From contig DASSMZ010000088.1 of NCBI GenBank assembly GCA_035688325.1, positions 1 through 42,022 of the forward strand: a DNA stretch of 42,022 bases, in the 5' to 3' direction. Under the pieces are notes generated by a model. The model had not been told where the DNA came from. It did not search any database and worked only from the letters and a program-made list of their open reading frames with translations. Made by a program: the position numbers and the translations under genes. Of the stretch, positions 17,586 to 26,050 are shown piece by piece. The stretch comes from Gaiellaceae bacterium. Its GTDB lineage: Bacteria; Actinomycetota; Thermoleophilia; Gaiellales; Gaiellaceae. Numbering within the stretch: the first letter of the stretch is position 1; every line of letters starts with the position of its first letter.

Positions 17586-18469
17586 CGCGGCGGCGCGATC
17601 GTAAGCGGCTGGTCGAAGGCGACGTAGCGGTGGAACATGAAGTGCGACGCCGCCGTCATCCGGAGCTGCAGCGGGCGGTAGCTCCGCCTGTCGATCCAGG
17701 TCGTGAACCACGCCGGCGTGTTCGGGTTCGCGAACGAGACGACCCAGACCGGCCTGCCGCCCACGGTGCTCTCGCCGAGCACGTACGCGTTCGTGGCCGT
17801 CGAGCCCCAAGCAGGCTGCGGCACGCGCAGCGCCGGGAGCTGCTGCGAGCGGCGCCAGCGCGCGCCGGCGTGGTCGCGATCCCAGCGGCGCGTGCCGAGC
17901 ACGATCGCGTCGGCGCCGCCCTTGATCCGGTACTCGACCTCGTTCGGCGCCTTCAGGCTCCAGGTCGTCAGCAGGCCGCCGCTCGGGCCGGAGCGCAGCG
18001 ACTCGACGTACACGAGGCTCCGGAGGGCGCGCGTGACCTTCGCCGCGCGGGCGACGATCGCGGCCGCCGGCCGCGGACGGGCCGGCACGGTGAAGGCGAC
18101 GGGCGGGCTCCCGTTCAGCCGCACGACCACGTGCGAGGCCTTGGGCGCGGCCGCCGAGTAGCACCCGGGCCCGCACGGCCTGGCGCCGATCGTCCGTCGG
18201 CCGACGGCGAACGAGACCTTCAGCCCCGACTGCGGCCCGCCCTCCGGCGAGAGCACCGTCGCCGTCAGCCTGCCGTTCCCGACGGCGAGCGCGACGGCGC
18301 GGCTGCCGGACTCGCCGCCCAGCACGAGCGCGCCGCGCGGGGGCGGCGGCGGGTTCTGCACCGTCACCTGCAGCGAGCGCTGCGAGACGGCGGGCCCGCT
18401 CGAGCACCCGGTTGCCAGTGCGCCGAGCACGAGCGGGAGCGCGATTCGCCGGATCACCTCGGAACCCAA
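17582..18469 (-). CDS. Lipoprotein of unknown function (295 aa)
   Basis: Lipobox LATGC after a hydrophobic signal peptide. High GC3. No catalytic motif recognised. Confidence 0.7.
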   Translation of the reverse strand: MGSEVIRRIALPLVLGALATGCSSGPAVSQRSLQVTVQNPPPPPRGALVLGGESGSRAVALAVGNGRLTATVLSPEGGPQSGLKVSFAVGRRTIGARPCGPGCYSAAAPKASHVVVRLNGSPPVAFTVPARPRPAAAIVARAAKVTRALRSLVYVESLRSGPSGGLLTTWSLKAPNEVEYRIKGGADAIVLGTRRWDRDHAGARWRRSQQLPALRVPQPAWGSTATNAYVLGESTVGGRPVWVVSFANPNTPAWFTTWIDRRSYRPLQLRMTAASHFMFHRYVAFDQPLTIAPPR

Positions 18470-18559
18470 GCTACCGGCGAATCACCCCGCTGGGGGACGC
18501 AGCACCGACCCGGCCCGCACATATGGAGAGGGCGGCCCTCAGCGGAAGTGGGGATCTCG

Positions 18560-20128
18560 ATGCGGCGTCAACTCAAGCGGCTCTTCGTGCTCGGCGTACT
18601 CGTGGCCATCCTGGCAACGGTTGGGAGCGCGACCGCCGGCGCGCGCACGACGCTCCACCACGCCACGGTTGCGGCGCCGCTCGCGGCCGCTGCGCGGCAC
18701 TCCGGGCCCCACAAGCTCCTGCGCGTGATCGTCAGCGGCCCGTCGGCGGCGGCCGCGGCGGGTCGCTACGGCACCTCGGTCAGGCGCCTCGGCTTCGGCG
18801 ACACCGTCGCGACGACGGTGCGGGCCGGACGGCTCGCCGCCCTGAGGTCCGATCCCGGCGTCTCGCTCGTCTCGCTCGACGCTCCGGTGCGCTTCTCCGC
18901 CGTCGGCACGGTCTCTGCCGCGTCGCTTGCGACCCTCTACCCGGGCCGCGACTCGGCTGCGAACGCGTGGTCGGCCGGCGCGACCGGCCGCGGCGTCGGG
19001 ATCGCCGTGATCGACAGCGGTGTCACGCCGTCCGACGCGTTCGGCTCGCGGCTCGTCCAGGTCGCACTCGACGGTCAGACGGGCTCGCTGGACGACACGG
19101 TCGGCCACGGGACGCTCGTCGCGGGCGTGGCCGCCGGGGACAGCCCCGACGGGCGGTTCATCGGGATCGCCCCCGCCGCCACCGTCTACGCGCTCAACAT
19201 CAACCGGCCGAACGGCGTCCACACGAGCGACGTGATCACCGCGCTCAAGTGGGTCTTCGACCACGCCCATGCCTACAACATCCGAGTTGTGAACCTCTCC
19301 CTGACCGAGAACGTCCAGAGCTCGTACAAGGACAGCCCGCTCGACCTGGCGGTGGAGCGCCTCTGGGCGAGCGGCGTCTTCGTCGCCGTCGCGGCCGGCA
19401 ATCGCGGAACGGCGGCCGGCGCGATCGACTACGCGCCCGCCAACGACCCCCTCGCCTTCACCGTCGGCGCCTTCGACACGATGGGCACCAGCGGCCCCGG
19501 CGACGACACGCTGGCGTCCTGGAGTTCCGGCGGCAAGACGATGGACGGCTTCCAGAAGCCGGACCTCGTCGCCCCCGGGCGCCACATCGCGGGCCCTCTG
19601 CCCGCGAGCTCGGAGCTCGACGCGGACGCACCCGCCGCGAACCGCGTCGCGACGGGCTACGCCGAGATCAACGGCACGTCCTTCGCCGCGCCTCAGGTCG
19701 CCGGCGCGGCCGCGATCATCTTCCAGTGGCACCCCGACTGGAGCCCGGACAACGTCAAGTGGGCGCTGATCGCGAAGAAGGGGGCGCACCCGAGAAACAC
19801 GAATATCGGCGCCCTCAGCCTGAGCTCGTCCTACAACATCGCGGGCGCGCCGAACCGCGCGAACCAGGGCGTCCCGGCGCTCGTCTGCGCCCCGGGCGCC
19901 GACTGCCTGACCGGCTCGACCGTCGCATCCAACTGGGACTCGTCCAGCTGGAGCTCGTCCAGCTGGAGCTCCTCGAGCTGGAGCAGCTCCTCCTGGAGCT
20001 CCTCGAGCTGGAGCGCGTACGCCGACTGGACCTCGTCCAGCTGGAGCTCGTCGAGCTGGAGCTCCTCCAGCTGGAGCTCGACCTCGTGGTCGGGAACCGC
20101 CGACGACGGCTTCGACGCCTGGGGCTAG
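18560..20128 (+). CDS. Secreted subtilisin-like S8 serine peptidase with an I9-like propeptide and a C-terminal Ser/Trp pentapeptide-repeat tail
   Basis: ATG 18560 with signal peptide. Catalytic triad contexts AVIDSGV (Asp), HGTLVAG (His), GTSFAAPQVAG (Ser), and oxyanion AAGN. The 5' part of listed ORF 17630..20128 is a shadow frame. Confidence 0.9.
   Translation: MRRQLKRLFVLGVLVAILATVGSATAGARTTLHHATVAAPLAAAARHSGPHKLLRVIVSGPSAAAAAGRYGTSVRRLGFGDTVATTVRAGRLAALRSDPGVSLVSLDAPVRFSAVGTVSAASLATLYPGRDSAANAWSAGATGRGVGIAVIDSGVTPSDAFGSRLVQVALDGQTGSLDDTVGHGTLVAGVAAGDSPDGRFIGIAPAATVYALNINRPNGVHTSDVITALKWVFDHAHAYNIRVVNLSLTENVQSSYKDSPLDLAVERLWASGVFVAVAAGNRGTAAGAIDYAPANDPLAFTVGAFDTMGTSGPGDDTLASWSSGGKTMDGFQKPDLVAPGRHIAGPLPASSELDADAPAANRVATGYAEINGTSFAAPQVAGAAAIIFQWHPDWSPDNVKWALIAKKGAHPRNTNIGALSLSSSYNIAGAPNRANQGVPALVCAPGADCLTGSTVASNWDSSSWSSSSWSSSSWSSSSWSSSSWSAYADWTSSSWSSSSWSSSSWSSTSWSGTADDGFDAWG
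19934..20092 (+). repeat. In-frame 15-bp tandem repeat encoding (SSSWS)5-AYADWT-(SSSWS)3-STSWS
   Basis: 11 TGG codons at 19934, 19949, 19964, 19979, 19994, 20009, 20027, 20042, 20057, 20072 and 20087. Spacing is exactly 15 nt except for one 18-nt step. Ser codons vary (TCG/TCC/AGC) between units. Confidence 0.9.
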
Positions 20129-21517
20129 GTGCTGAGAGCCGCCGCACCTGCCGGCGTGAAGGTCGACGTGGGAGCGCTCGACCAGCGCGTCGCAGCGCTG
20201 ATCGCCGCGCTCGGGACGCTCGCCGCGGCGGCGATCGTCGCCGACGGCGGTGAGCTGCGCGCGGCGCTGACAGGCACTCCGGGGCGCGTGGCGGCGATCG
20301 TCGTGCTCACGCTCGGCCTGCAGCTGTCCTCGATCCGCGTCTACGGGCGGGGCAGCGTCGGCGTGTCCGCGATCGGGATCCTCGCCGGCGTCTACCTCCT
20401 CCCGCTGGCGCCGGCGATGGCGATCGCGGGCGTCGCGGCCGTCGCCCAGTGGCTCCGTACCCGCCCGAAGGTCTACAAGGGCGCGTTCGACCTCTCGAAC
20501 TACGCGGTCTCGGCCGGTGCCGCGTCGCTGGCCTTCCACGCCTTCGGCCCCTGGCGCACGGCCGGCGCGATCGCCGCCGGCCTCGTCTACGTGGTCGTCA
20601 ACAACGGACTGTTGAGCCTGGCCATGAGCCTCGACGAGCGCGTCGCGTGGCGCACGATCTGGCTGGAGCGGTTCCACTGGGCGCGCTTCCACTTCCTGTT
20701 GTTCGGGCCGCTCGCGCTGGCGGCGACGGTCGCCTACCGCGAGATCGGTGTCCTCGGACTCGTCGCCTTCACCTTGCCGCCGGCGCTGATGATCCTCTCG
20801 GTGCGCCAGTACCTCGAGCGGACCGCGGCGGCGGTCGACGAGATCCGCGACGCGAACACGAAGCTCCGCCGCGCGCACCGCGACACGATCGCGGCGCTCT
20901 CGCGCAGCATGGAGGCGAAGGACGTCTACACCGGCGGCCACACCGAGCGCGTGGCCGCGGTCGCGGTCGGGCTCGCGCGCGGGCTCGGATACGAGCACGA
21001 GGAGCTCGAGGCGGTCGAGATCGGCGCGCTGCTGCACGACATCGGCAAGATCGGCATCCCGGAGTCGATCCTGCGCAAGGATGGCCCGCTCGACGACGAG
21101 GAGTGGACGATCATCCGCTCGCACCCCCTCATCTCCGACTACATCCTCGCCGAGCTCGACCTCGACCCGATCGTCAGGCAGTGCGCGCGCTCGAGCCACG
21201 AGCGAATCGACGGCACCGGCTATCCCGACGGTCTCGCCGGGGACGACATCCCGCTTCCGGCGCGAATCGTCTTCGTCGCGGATGCGCTGGACGCTCTGAC
21301 GAGCGACCGCCCGTACCGCTCGGGGCGGCCGCTGATGGCGGCGCTCGCGGAGATCGAGCGCAACGCAGGCACACAGTTCTGCCCGAAGGTCGTCGCGGCG
21401 CTGCGCGAGCTGTGGCGCACGGAACCGCGCTTGCTCACGGTAGGACTGCCGCAAGAGCAGGAAGGAGCGCCGCCGACCCGCCTCCACGTCGAGAACGCCC
21501 GCCCACCGGCCGCGTAG
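20129..21517 (+). CDS. Membrane-bound HD-GYP domain protein (putative c-di-GMP phosphodiesterase or receptor)
   Basis: GTG immediately after the S8 TAG. N-terminal half has about 6-7 TM helices. C-terminal motifs HTERVA, LLHDIGKIGIP, SHERIDGTGYPDG, FVADALDALTSDRPYR. Confidence 0.85.
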   Translation: MLRAAAPAGVKVDVGALDQRVAALIAALGTLAAAAIVADGGELRAALTGTPGRVAAIVVLTLGLQLSSIRVYGRGSVGVSAIGILAGVYLLPLAPAMAIAGVAAVAQWLRTRPKVYKGAFDLSNYAVSAGAASLAFHAFGPWRTAGAIAAGLVYVVVNNGLLSLAMSLDERVAWRTIWLERFHWARFHFLLFGPLALAATVAYREIGVLGLVAFTLPPALMILSVRQYLERTAAAVDEIRDANTKLRRAHRDTIAALSRSMEAKDVYTGGHTERVAAVAVGLARGLGYEHEELEAVEIGALLHDIGKIGIPESILRKDGPLDDEEWTIIRSHPLISDYILAELDLDPIVRQCARSSHERIDGTGYPDGLAGDDIPLPARIVFVADALDALTSDRPYRSGRPLMAALAEIERNAGTQFCPKVVAALRELWRTEPRLLTVGLPQEQEGAPPTRLHVENARPPAA

Positions 21518-21530
21518 TCCGCGTCGTCGT

Positions 21531-22778
21531 CTAAGCGACCGTCGCGGTCTTGCGCTCCGGGTTGAAGAACGGCACCTCGACGACCGTCGCCGGCACACGG
21601 CCGCGCCGCGCCTCGACCGTCCACTCGACCTCGATCCTCGTGCCGAGGCTGCTCTGGGCGGCGTCGACGGATGCGAGCGCGATCACCTGCTTCAGGATCG
21701 GGCTCCACGTCGTGCTCGTTGCCTTGCCGACCTGGCGACCTCGCGAATACAGCGGGACAGCCGCCCGCGAGGCGGCGGGATCCACCGTCGGCGTCAGGCC
21801 TCTCGTCCGGTACAGCTCCTCCAGCGGCTCCCAGTCGAGCTCGAGGCCGACGAGCCTCCGCGGAGGCCCGCCGCGCTCCTGCTCGCCTTCGAGGGCCCGA
21901 CGGCCGACGAAGTTCGCGTCCTTCGCGAAGTCGACGAAGCGGCCGAGGATGCCGAGCTCGAAGGGCGAGAACGACTGCTCGGGGATCAGGGCTCGCCGCA
22001 CCGAGTCGAAGTCGACCTCGATCAGGATCAACCCCGCCTCGATCCGAGCGACGTCGAGCGCGAGCATCCCGGCAGGCCTCACGCCGTAGGCGGCGCCCGC
22101 CCGCACGAAGGCATCCCAGACGTCCCCCGCGCGCTCGCTGTCCACCCAGACCTCGTAGCCGAGGTCGCCCGTGTACCCGGTGCGCGAGACGTCGACCTCG
22201 ATCGACCCGACCCGCCCGGCCCGCCGGCCGAAGTACTTCAGGTCCCCCCACTCCGCCTCCGTGACCGCCTCGAGCACGTCGCGGCTCAGCGGCCCTTGCA
22301 CCGCGAGCGCGGCCACCCGCTCGCTGACGTCCTCGATCTCGACGTCGAGGCCGCGCGCGTTCATTCGGAACCAGCGCAGCGACGGGTCGGCGGCCGTCCA
22401 GCGATAGGTCTGCTCGTCGAGGCGGCCGACGGTCCCGTCGTCGACGACCCGGCCGTCCTCGTTGCACCACGAGGTGTAGTAGACGCGGCCGACGGCGAGC
22501 TTGGTCGCATCGCGCGTGATCACGCGGTCGACGAGCCGCTGCGCGTCCGGCCCCGACACGAGGTACTTGTAGAGCGGCGAGACGTCGATGAGCGCCGCGG
22601 CCTCGCGGATGGCGTTGTACTCGATCTCGTGCGAGTCGTCGTACGCGCTCGCGGCGAAGTACCCCGACCACTCCCGCCACTGCTGCTTGCGGTTGAGCGC
22701 CGCGGCGCGGGAGTAGAAGGCTGTTCCGGCCGACACCGCGCGCGATTGTCGCAGAGGGCGCCCGAACGGTTCGGGCAT
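21531..22778 (-). CDS. GcvT-family (glycine cleavage T-fold) folate-dependent aminomethyltransferase
   Basis: ATG at 22778; an alternative ATG lies at 22814. Motifs ALIDVSPLYKYLVSGPDA, LAVQGP, SRTGYTGDLGYEVW, and a C-terminal barrel (VEWTVEARRGRVPATVVEVPFFNP). Confidence 0.85.
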   Translation of the reverse strand: MPEPFGRPLRQSRAVSAGTAFYSRAAALNRKQQWREWSGYFAASAYDDSHEIEYNAIREAAALIDVSPLYKYLVSGPDAQRLVDRVITRDATKLAVGRVYYTSWCNEDGRVVDDGTVGRLDEQTYRWTAADPSLRWFRMNARGLDVEIEDVSERVAALAVQGPLSRDVLEAVTEAEWGDLKYFGRRAGRVGSIEVDVSRTGYTGDLGYEVWVDSERAGDVWDAFVRAGAAYGVRPAGMLALDVARIEAGLILIEVDFDSVRRALIPEQSFSPFELGILGRFVDFAKDANFVGRRALEGEQERGGPPRRLVGLELDWEPLEELYRTRGLTPTVDPAASRAAVPLYSRGRQVGKATSTTWSPILKQVIALASVDAAQSSLGTRIEVEWTVEARRGRVPATVVEVPFFNPERKTATVA

Positions 22779-22792
22779 AGTCCGCTGTCGCG

Positions 22793-24415
22793 GTGACGAC
22801 CTCGACCAGCACATCCGACCGGCGCGCGTACGACGCCGTCGTGATCGGCGGCGGCCACAACGGGCTCGTGGCCGCGGCCTACCTCGCGCGGGCCGGGCTC
22901 AGGGTCGTCGTGCTCGAGCGACGCCACGTCCTCGGCGGCGCCGCGGTGACCGAGGAGGTGTTCCCGGGCTTCCGGTTCAGCGTCGCCTCCTACGTCGTCT
23001 CCCTGCTGCGCCCGGAGATCGTCCGCGAGCTCGAGCTCCCCAAGCACGGCCTCGAGATCCTGCCGCTCGACGGGACGTTCACCCCACTCGACGACGACTA
23101 CCTGTGGCGGGTGAACGACCACGGCAGGACTGTGCGCGAGCTGCGCCGCTGGTCGCCGAGCGATGCGGAGGCGTACGAGGACTACAGCCGCCTGATGGTC
23201 GAGATGGCGCGGTTCGTCAAGCCGATCCTCTCGATGGCGCCGCCGGACCCGGGCCGGTTCCATCCGCGCGAGTGGCTCCCGGTCGCTCGGCTCGGCCGGG
23301 ATTTCAAGAACCTCCCGAGCGAGCAGCAGGCGGTGTTCGTCCAGCTGATGACGATGAGCGCAGCCGACTTCCTAGACCAGTGGTTCGAGACCGACCCGCT
23401 CAAGGCCACGATGAGCGCTTCGGGGATCATCGGAACCTTCCAGGGCATCCGCTCGCCTGGGACCGCCTACGTCCTCCTGCACCACTACATGGGCGAGATC
23501 GACGGCGTCCTGCGCGCGTGGGGAATCCCTCGCGGCGGGACCGGCGCCGTCAGCAACTCGATCGCCGACGCCGCACGGTCGCTCGGCGCCGAGATCCGGA
23601 CTGAGACGGCGGTCGAGCGGCTGCTGATCCGCGGCGAGGAGGTCGCCGGCGTCGTGCTGGACTCGGGCGAGGAGGTCGGTGCGCGGGTGACGCTCTCGAG
23701 CCTCGACCCCCACCAGACGTTCGACCGGCTGACTCCGGCCGGCCGGCTCGACTCGGCCTTCCTCGAGGAGGTCGGGCGCTACCGGTACCGCGGCTCGAGC
23801 GGGAAGGTGAACCTCGCGCTGGACGGGCTGCCCGAGTTCAGCTGCCTCCCGGGCGCCGGCGACCACCTGCGCGGCGCGATCAGCTTCAGCCCCGGGATCG
23901 ACTACATGGAGCTCGCCTACGACGACGCGAAGTCCGGGCGGTTCAGCCGTCGTCCGTACATCGACATGGTCATCCCGACGCTGGTCGATCCGTCGATGGC
24001 CCCCCCGGGGAAGCACGTGATGAGCTGCTTCGTCCAGTACGCGCCCTACCACCTCGCGGATGGTGACGAGTGGGACGACGCCCGGCGCGAGGCGTTCGGC
24101 GAGGCGGTGCTCGACACGATCGCCGAGCGGGCGCCGAACATCCGCGACCTGATCCTGCACGAGCAGGTGCTGACGCCCAAGGACATCGAGGAGCGGTTCG
24201 GCCTCTCCGAGGGAAACATCTTCCAGGGGGAGCTCTCGCTCGAGCAGCTCTTCTTCAACCGGCCGCTCCCGGGCTGGGCGCGCTACCGGACGCCGCTGCA
24301 GAACCTCTGGATGTGCGGCTCGGCGACGCACCCGGGCGGCGGGATCATGGGAGCGTCGGGGCGACTCGCAGCACTCCAGGTCCTGCGCTCGCTGCGCGCC
24401 CGAAAGGCGGCCTGA
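22793..24415 (+). CDS. NAD(P)/FAD-dependent oxidoreductase, phytoene-desaturase superfamily (COG1233), PYROXD2-like, paralog 1
   Basis: GTG at 22793 is the first possible start after an in-frame stop at 22778-22780. Motifs YDAVVIGGGHNGLVAAAYLARAGLRVVVLERRHVLGGAAVTEE, FRFSVASYVVSLLRP, and C-terminal CGSATHPGGGIMGASG. Confidence 0.88.
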   Translation: MTTSTSTSDRRAYDAVVIGGGHNGLVAAAYLARAGLRVVVLERRHVLGGAAVTEEVFPGFRFSVASYVVSLLRPEIVRELELPKHGLEILPLDGTFTPLDDDYLWRVNDHGRTVRELRRWSPSDAEAYEDYSRLMVEMARFVKPILSMAPPDPGRFHPREWLPVARLGRDFKNLPSEQQAVFVQLMTMSAADFLDQWFETDPLKATMSASGIIGTFQGIRSPGTAYVLLHHYMGEIDGVLRAWGIPRGGTGAVSNSIADAARSLGAEIRTETAVERLLIRGEEVAGVVLDSGEEVGARVTLSSLDPHQTFDRLTPAGRLDSAFLEEVGRYRYRGSSGKVNLALDGLPEFSCLPGAGDHLRGAISFSPGIDYMELAYDDAKSGRFSRRPYIDMVIPTLVDPSMAPPGKHVMSCFVQYAPYHLADGDEWDDARREAFGEAVLDTIAERAPNIRDLILHEQVLTPKDIEERFGLSEGNIFQGELSLEQLFFNRPLPGWARYRTPLQNLWMCGSATHPGGGIMGASGRLAALQVLRSLRARKAA

Positions 24416-26050
24416 GTGCCCGCCGAGCGCTACGACGCCGTCGTCGTCGGGGCGGGCCACAACGGCCTGGTCACTGCCGCCTATCTCGCGAAGGCCGGAC
24501 TGCGCACGCTCGCGCTCGAACGGCGTAGCCGCGCCGGCGGGCCACTGGCGACCGAGGAGCTCGCCCCCGGTGTGCGGGCACCGCTCCTCGCCGACGGCGT
24601 GGGCGGCCTGCAGGCGGGCGTCGTCGGTGACCTCGGCCTGCGCGCGCACGGCTTCCACCCACTCGAGCCGGACGCGGTCGCGTGGGCCCCGTCGACCCAC
24701 GGAACGAGCCTCACCCTCTGGCGCGATCCGGTGAGGACGGCCACGGAGCTTCGCGCCCGGCCCCGCCCGCGCGACGCCGAGGCGTTCCTCGAGCTCGACC
24801 GCAGAGTCCGCTCACTGGCCGACTTCGTGGCGCGCCTGCAGGCGAGCGAGCCTCCGGACCTGGAGTCGCCGTCGCTCGCGGACGCGGGCACCGGCGTCAC
24901 GCTCCTCAACGCCCTCCGGCGCCTCGGCCGGGAGCAGCTCCGTGAGGCGCTGCGCGTGATGCCGATGTCGGTCGCCGATCTCGTCGGCGAGGCTGTCGAG
25001 GACGAGCTGCTGCGCGGCGTTCTCGGCGTGCGAGGGGTTCGCTACTCGGCGATGGGGCCGCGGTCGGCGGGCACGGCGCTGAACTTCCTCTGGGACTCGG
25101 CCGGTGGTGGCGGCGCAGCAGGACGCACGGTGTTCGCGCGCGGCGGGCCGGGCGCGTTGGTGGACGCGCTTGTCGCCGCCGCACGACAGCACGGCGCGAC
25201 AGTCCGCTGCGACGCCGAGGTGGCGGCCATCCGGACCACCGACGGGGCAGTCGAGGGAGTCGCCCTTGCGAGCGGCGAGGAGGTCGACGCGCAAGTCGTC
25301 GCCTCGAGCGCCGACCCCAGGCGGACCCTCCTCGGCCTCCTCGACCCTGCCGAGGTCGGGCCGACGCTGGGTTGGCGGGCCGAACACATCCGCGCGCCCG
25401 GCGTCGTCGCGAAAGTCACCCTCGTCCTCGACGGGCTCCCCACCTTCGGCGGAGCGAACGAGGAGCAGCTGCGCGGCCGGATCGTCGTCGCCCCGAGCCT
25501 CGACCACGTCGAGCGTGCCTTCAACGACTCGAAGTACGGCCGCATCTCGGCGGAGCCCTACCTCGAGGCCACGATCCCGACGCTCTCGGACCCTTCGCTG
25601 GCGCCCGAGGGGACCCACGTGATGGGCGTGCTGTTCCAGTACGCCCCCCACGACCTCCGCGAGGCCGAGTGGGACCAGGCCGCGAGCGACCGGGTCGCGG
25701 ACGAGGCCGTGAGCACGCTCGAACTGCACGGCCCGGGCCTCACGGAGAGAGTCGTCGCACGCCGCGTGGTCACGCCGGCCGAGCTCGAGCAGGAGTACAG
25801 CCTGAGTGGCGGGCACCCGATGCACGCCGAGCACGCGCTCGACCAGTTCTTCGCCTGGCGGCCGCTCCTCGGCCACGCGCGCTACCGGCTCGCCGGGATC
25901 CGCGGCCTCTACCTGTGCGGGGCCGGCGCCCACCCGGGAGGCGGGATCACCGGCGGGCCGGGCAGGAACGCGGCGCGGGCCATCCTGGCCGACCTTTCGC
26001 GCACCCGACGCCGCGGCGCGCGACGCTCGCGGCGCTCGCGTGTCCGTTAG
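24416..26050 (+). CDS. NAD(P)/FAD-dependent oxidoreductase (COG1233), PYROXD2-like, paralog 2
   Basis: GTG directly after the paralog 1 TGA. Motifs YDAVVVGAGHNGLVTAAYLAKAGLRTLALERR and C-terminal CGAGAHPGGGITGGPG. More diverged in the substrate-domain regions. Confidence 0.85.
   Translation: MPAERYDAVVVGAGHNGLVTAAYLAKAGLRTLALERRSRAGGPLATEELAPGVRAPLLADGVGGLQAGVVGDLGLRAHGFHPLEPDAVAWAPSTHGTSLTLWRDPVRTATELRARPRPRDAEAFLELDRRVRSLADFVARLQASEPPDLESPSLADAGTGVTLLNALRRLGREQLREALRVMPMSVADLVGEAVEDELLRGVLGVRGVRYSAMGPRSAGTALNFLWDSAGGGGAAGRTVFARGGPGALVDALVAAARQHGATVRCDAEVAAIRTTDGAVEGVALASGEEVDAQVVASSADPRRTLLGLLDPAEVGPTLGWRAEHIRAPGVVAKVTLVLDGLPTFGGANEEQLRGRIVVAPSLDHVERAFNDSKYGRISAEPYLEATIPTLSDPSLAPEGTHVMGVLFQYAPHDLREAEWDQAASDRVADEAVSTLELHGPGLTERVVARRVVTPAELEQEYSLSGGHPMHAEHALDQFFAWRPLLGHARYRLAGIRGLYLCGAGAHPGGGITGGPGRNAARAILADLSRTRRRGARRSRRSRVR

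Noticed and set aside
19934-20092. 15-bp tandem repeat considered as a CRISPR or VNTR-type non-coding array
   Set aside because: There are no spacers. The repeat is in frame inside the S8 protease ORF, and the units differ at synonymous Ser codons. It is a coding peptide repeat.
18539-21598. 1019-aa minus-strand ORF antisense to the S8 protease and HD-GYP genes, and the 613-aa frame 18412..20253
   Set aside because: Low-complexity Arg-rich translations. They span two independently recognisable plus-strand genes. The LELLELE run is simply the alternate reading of the SSSWS repeat.
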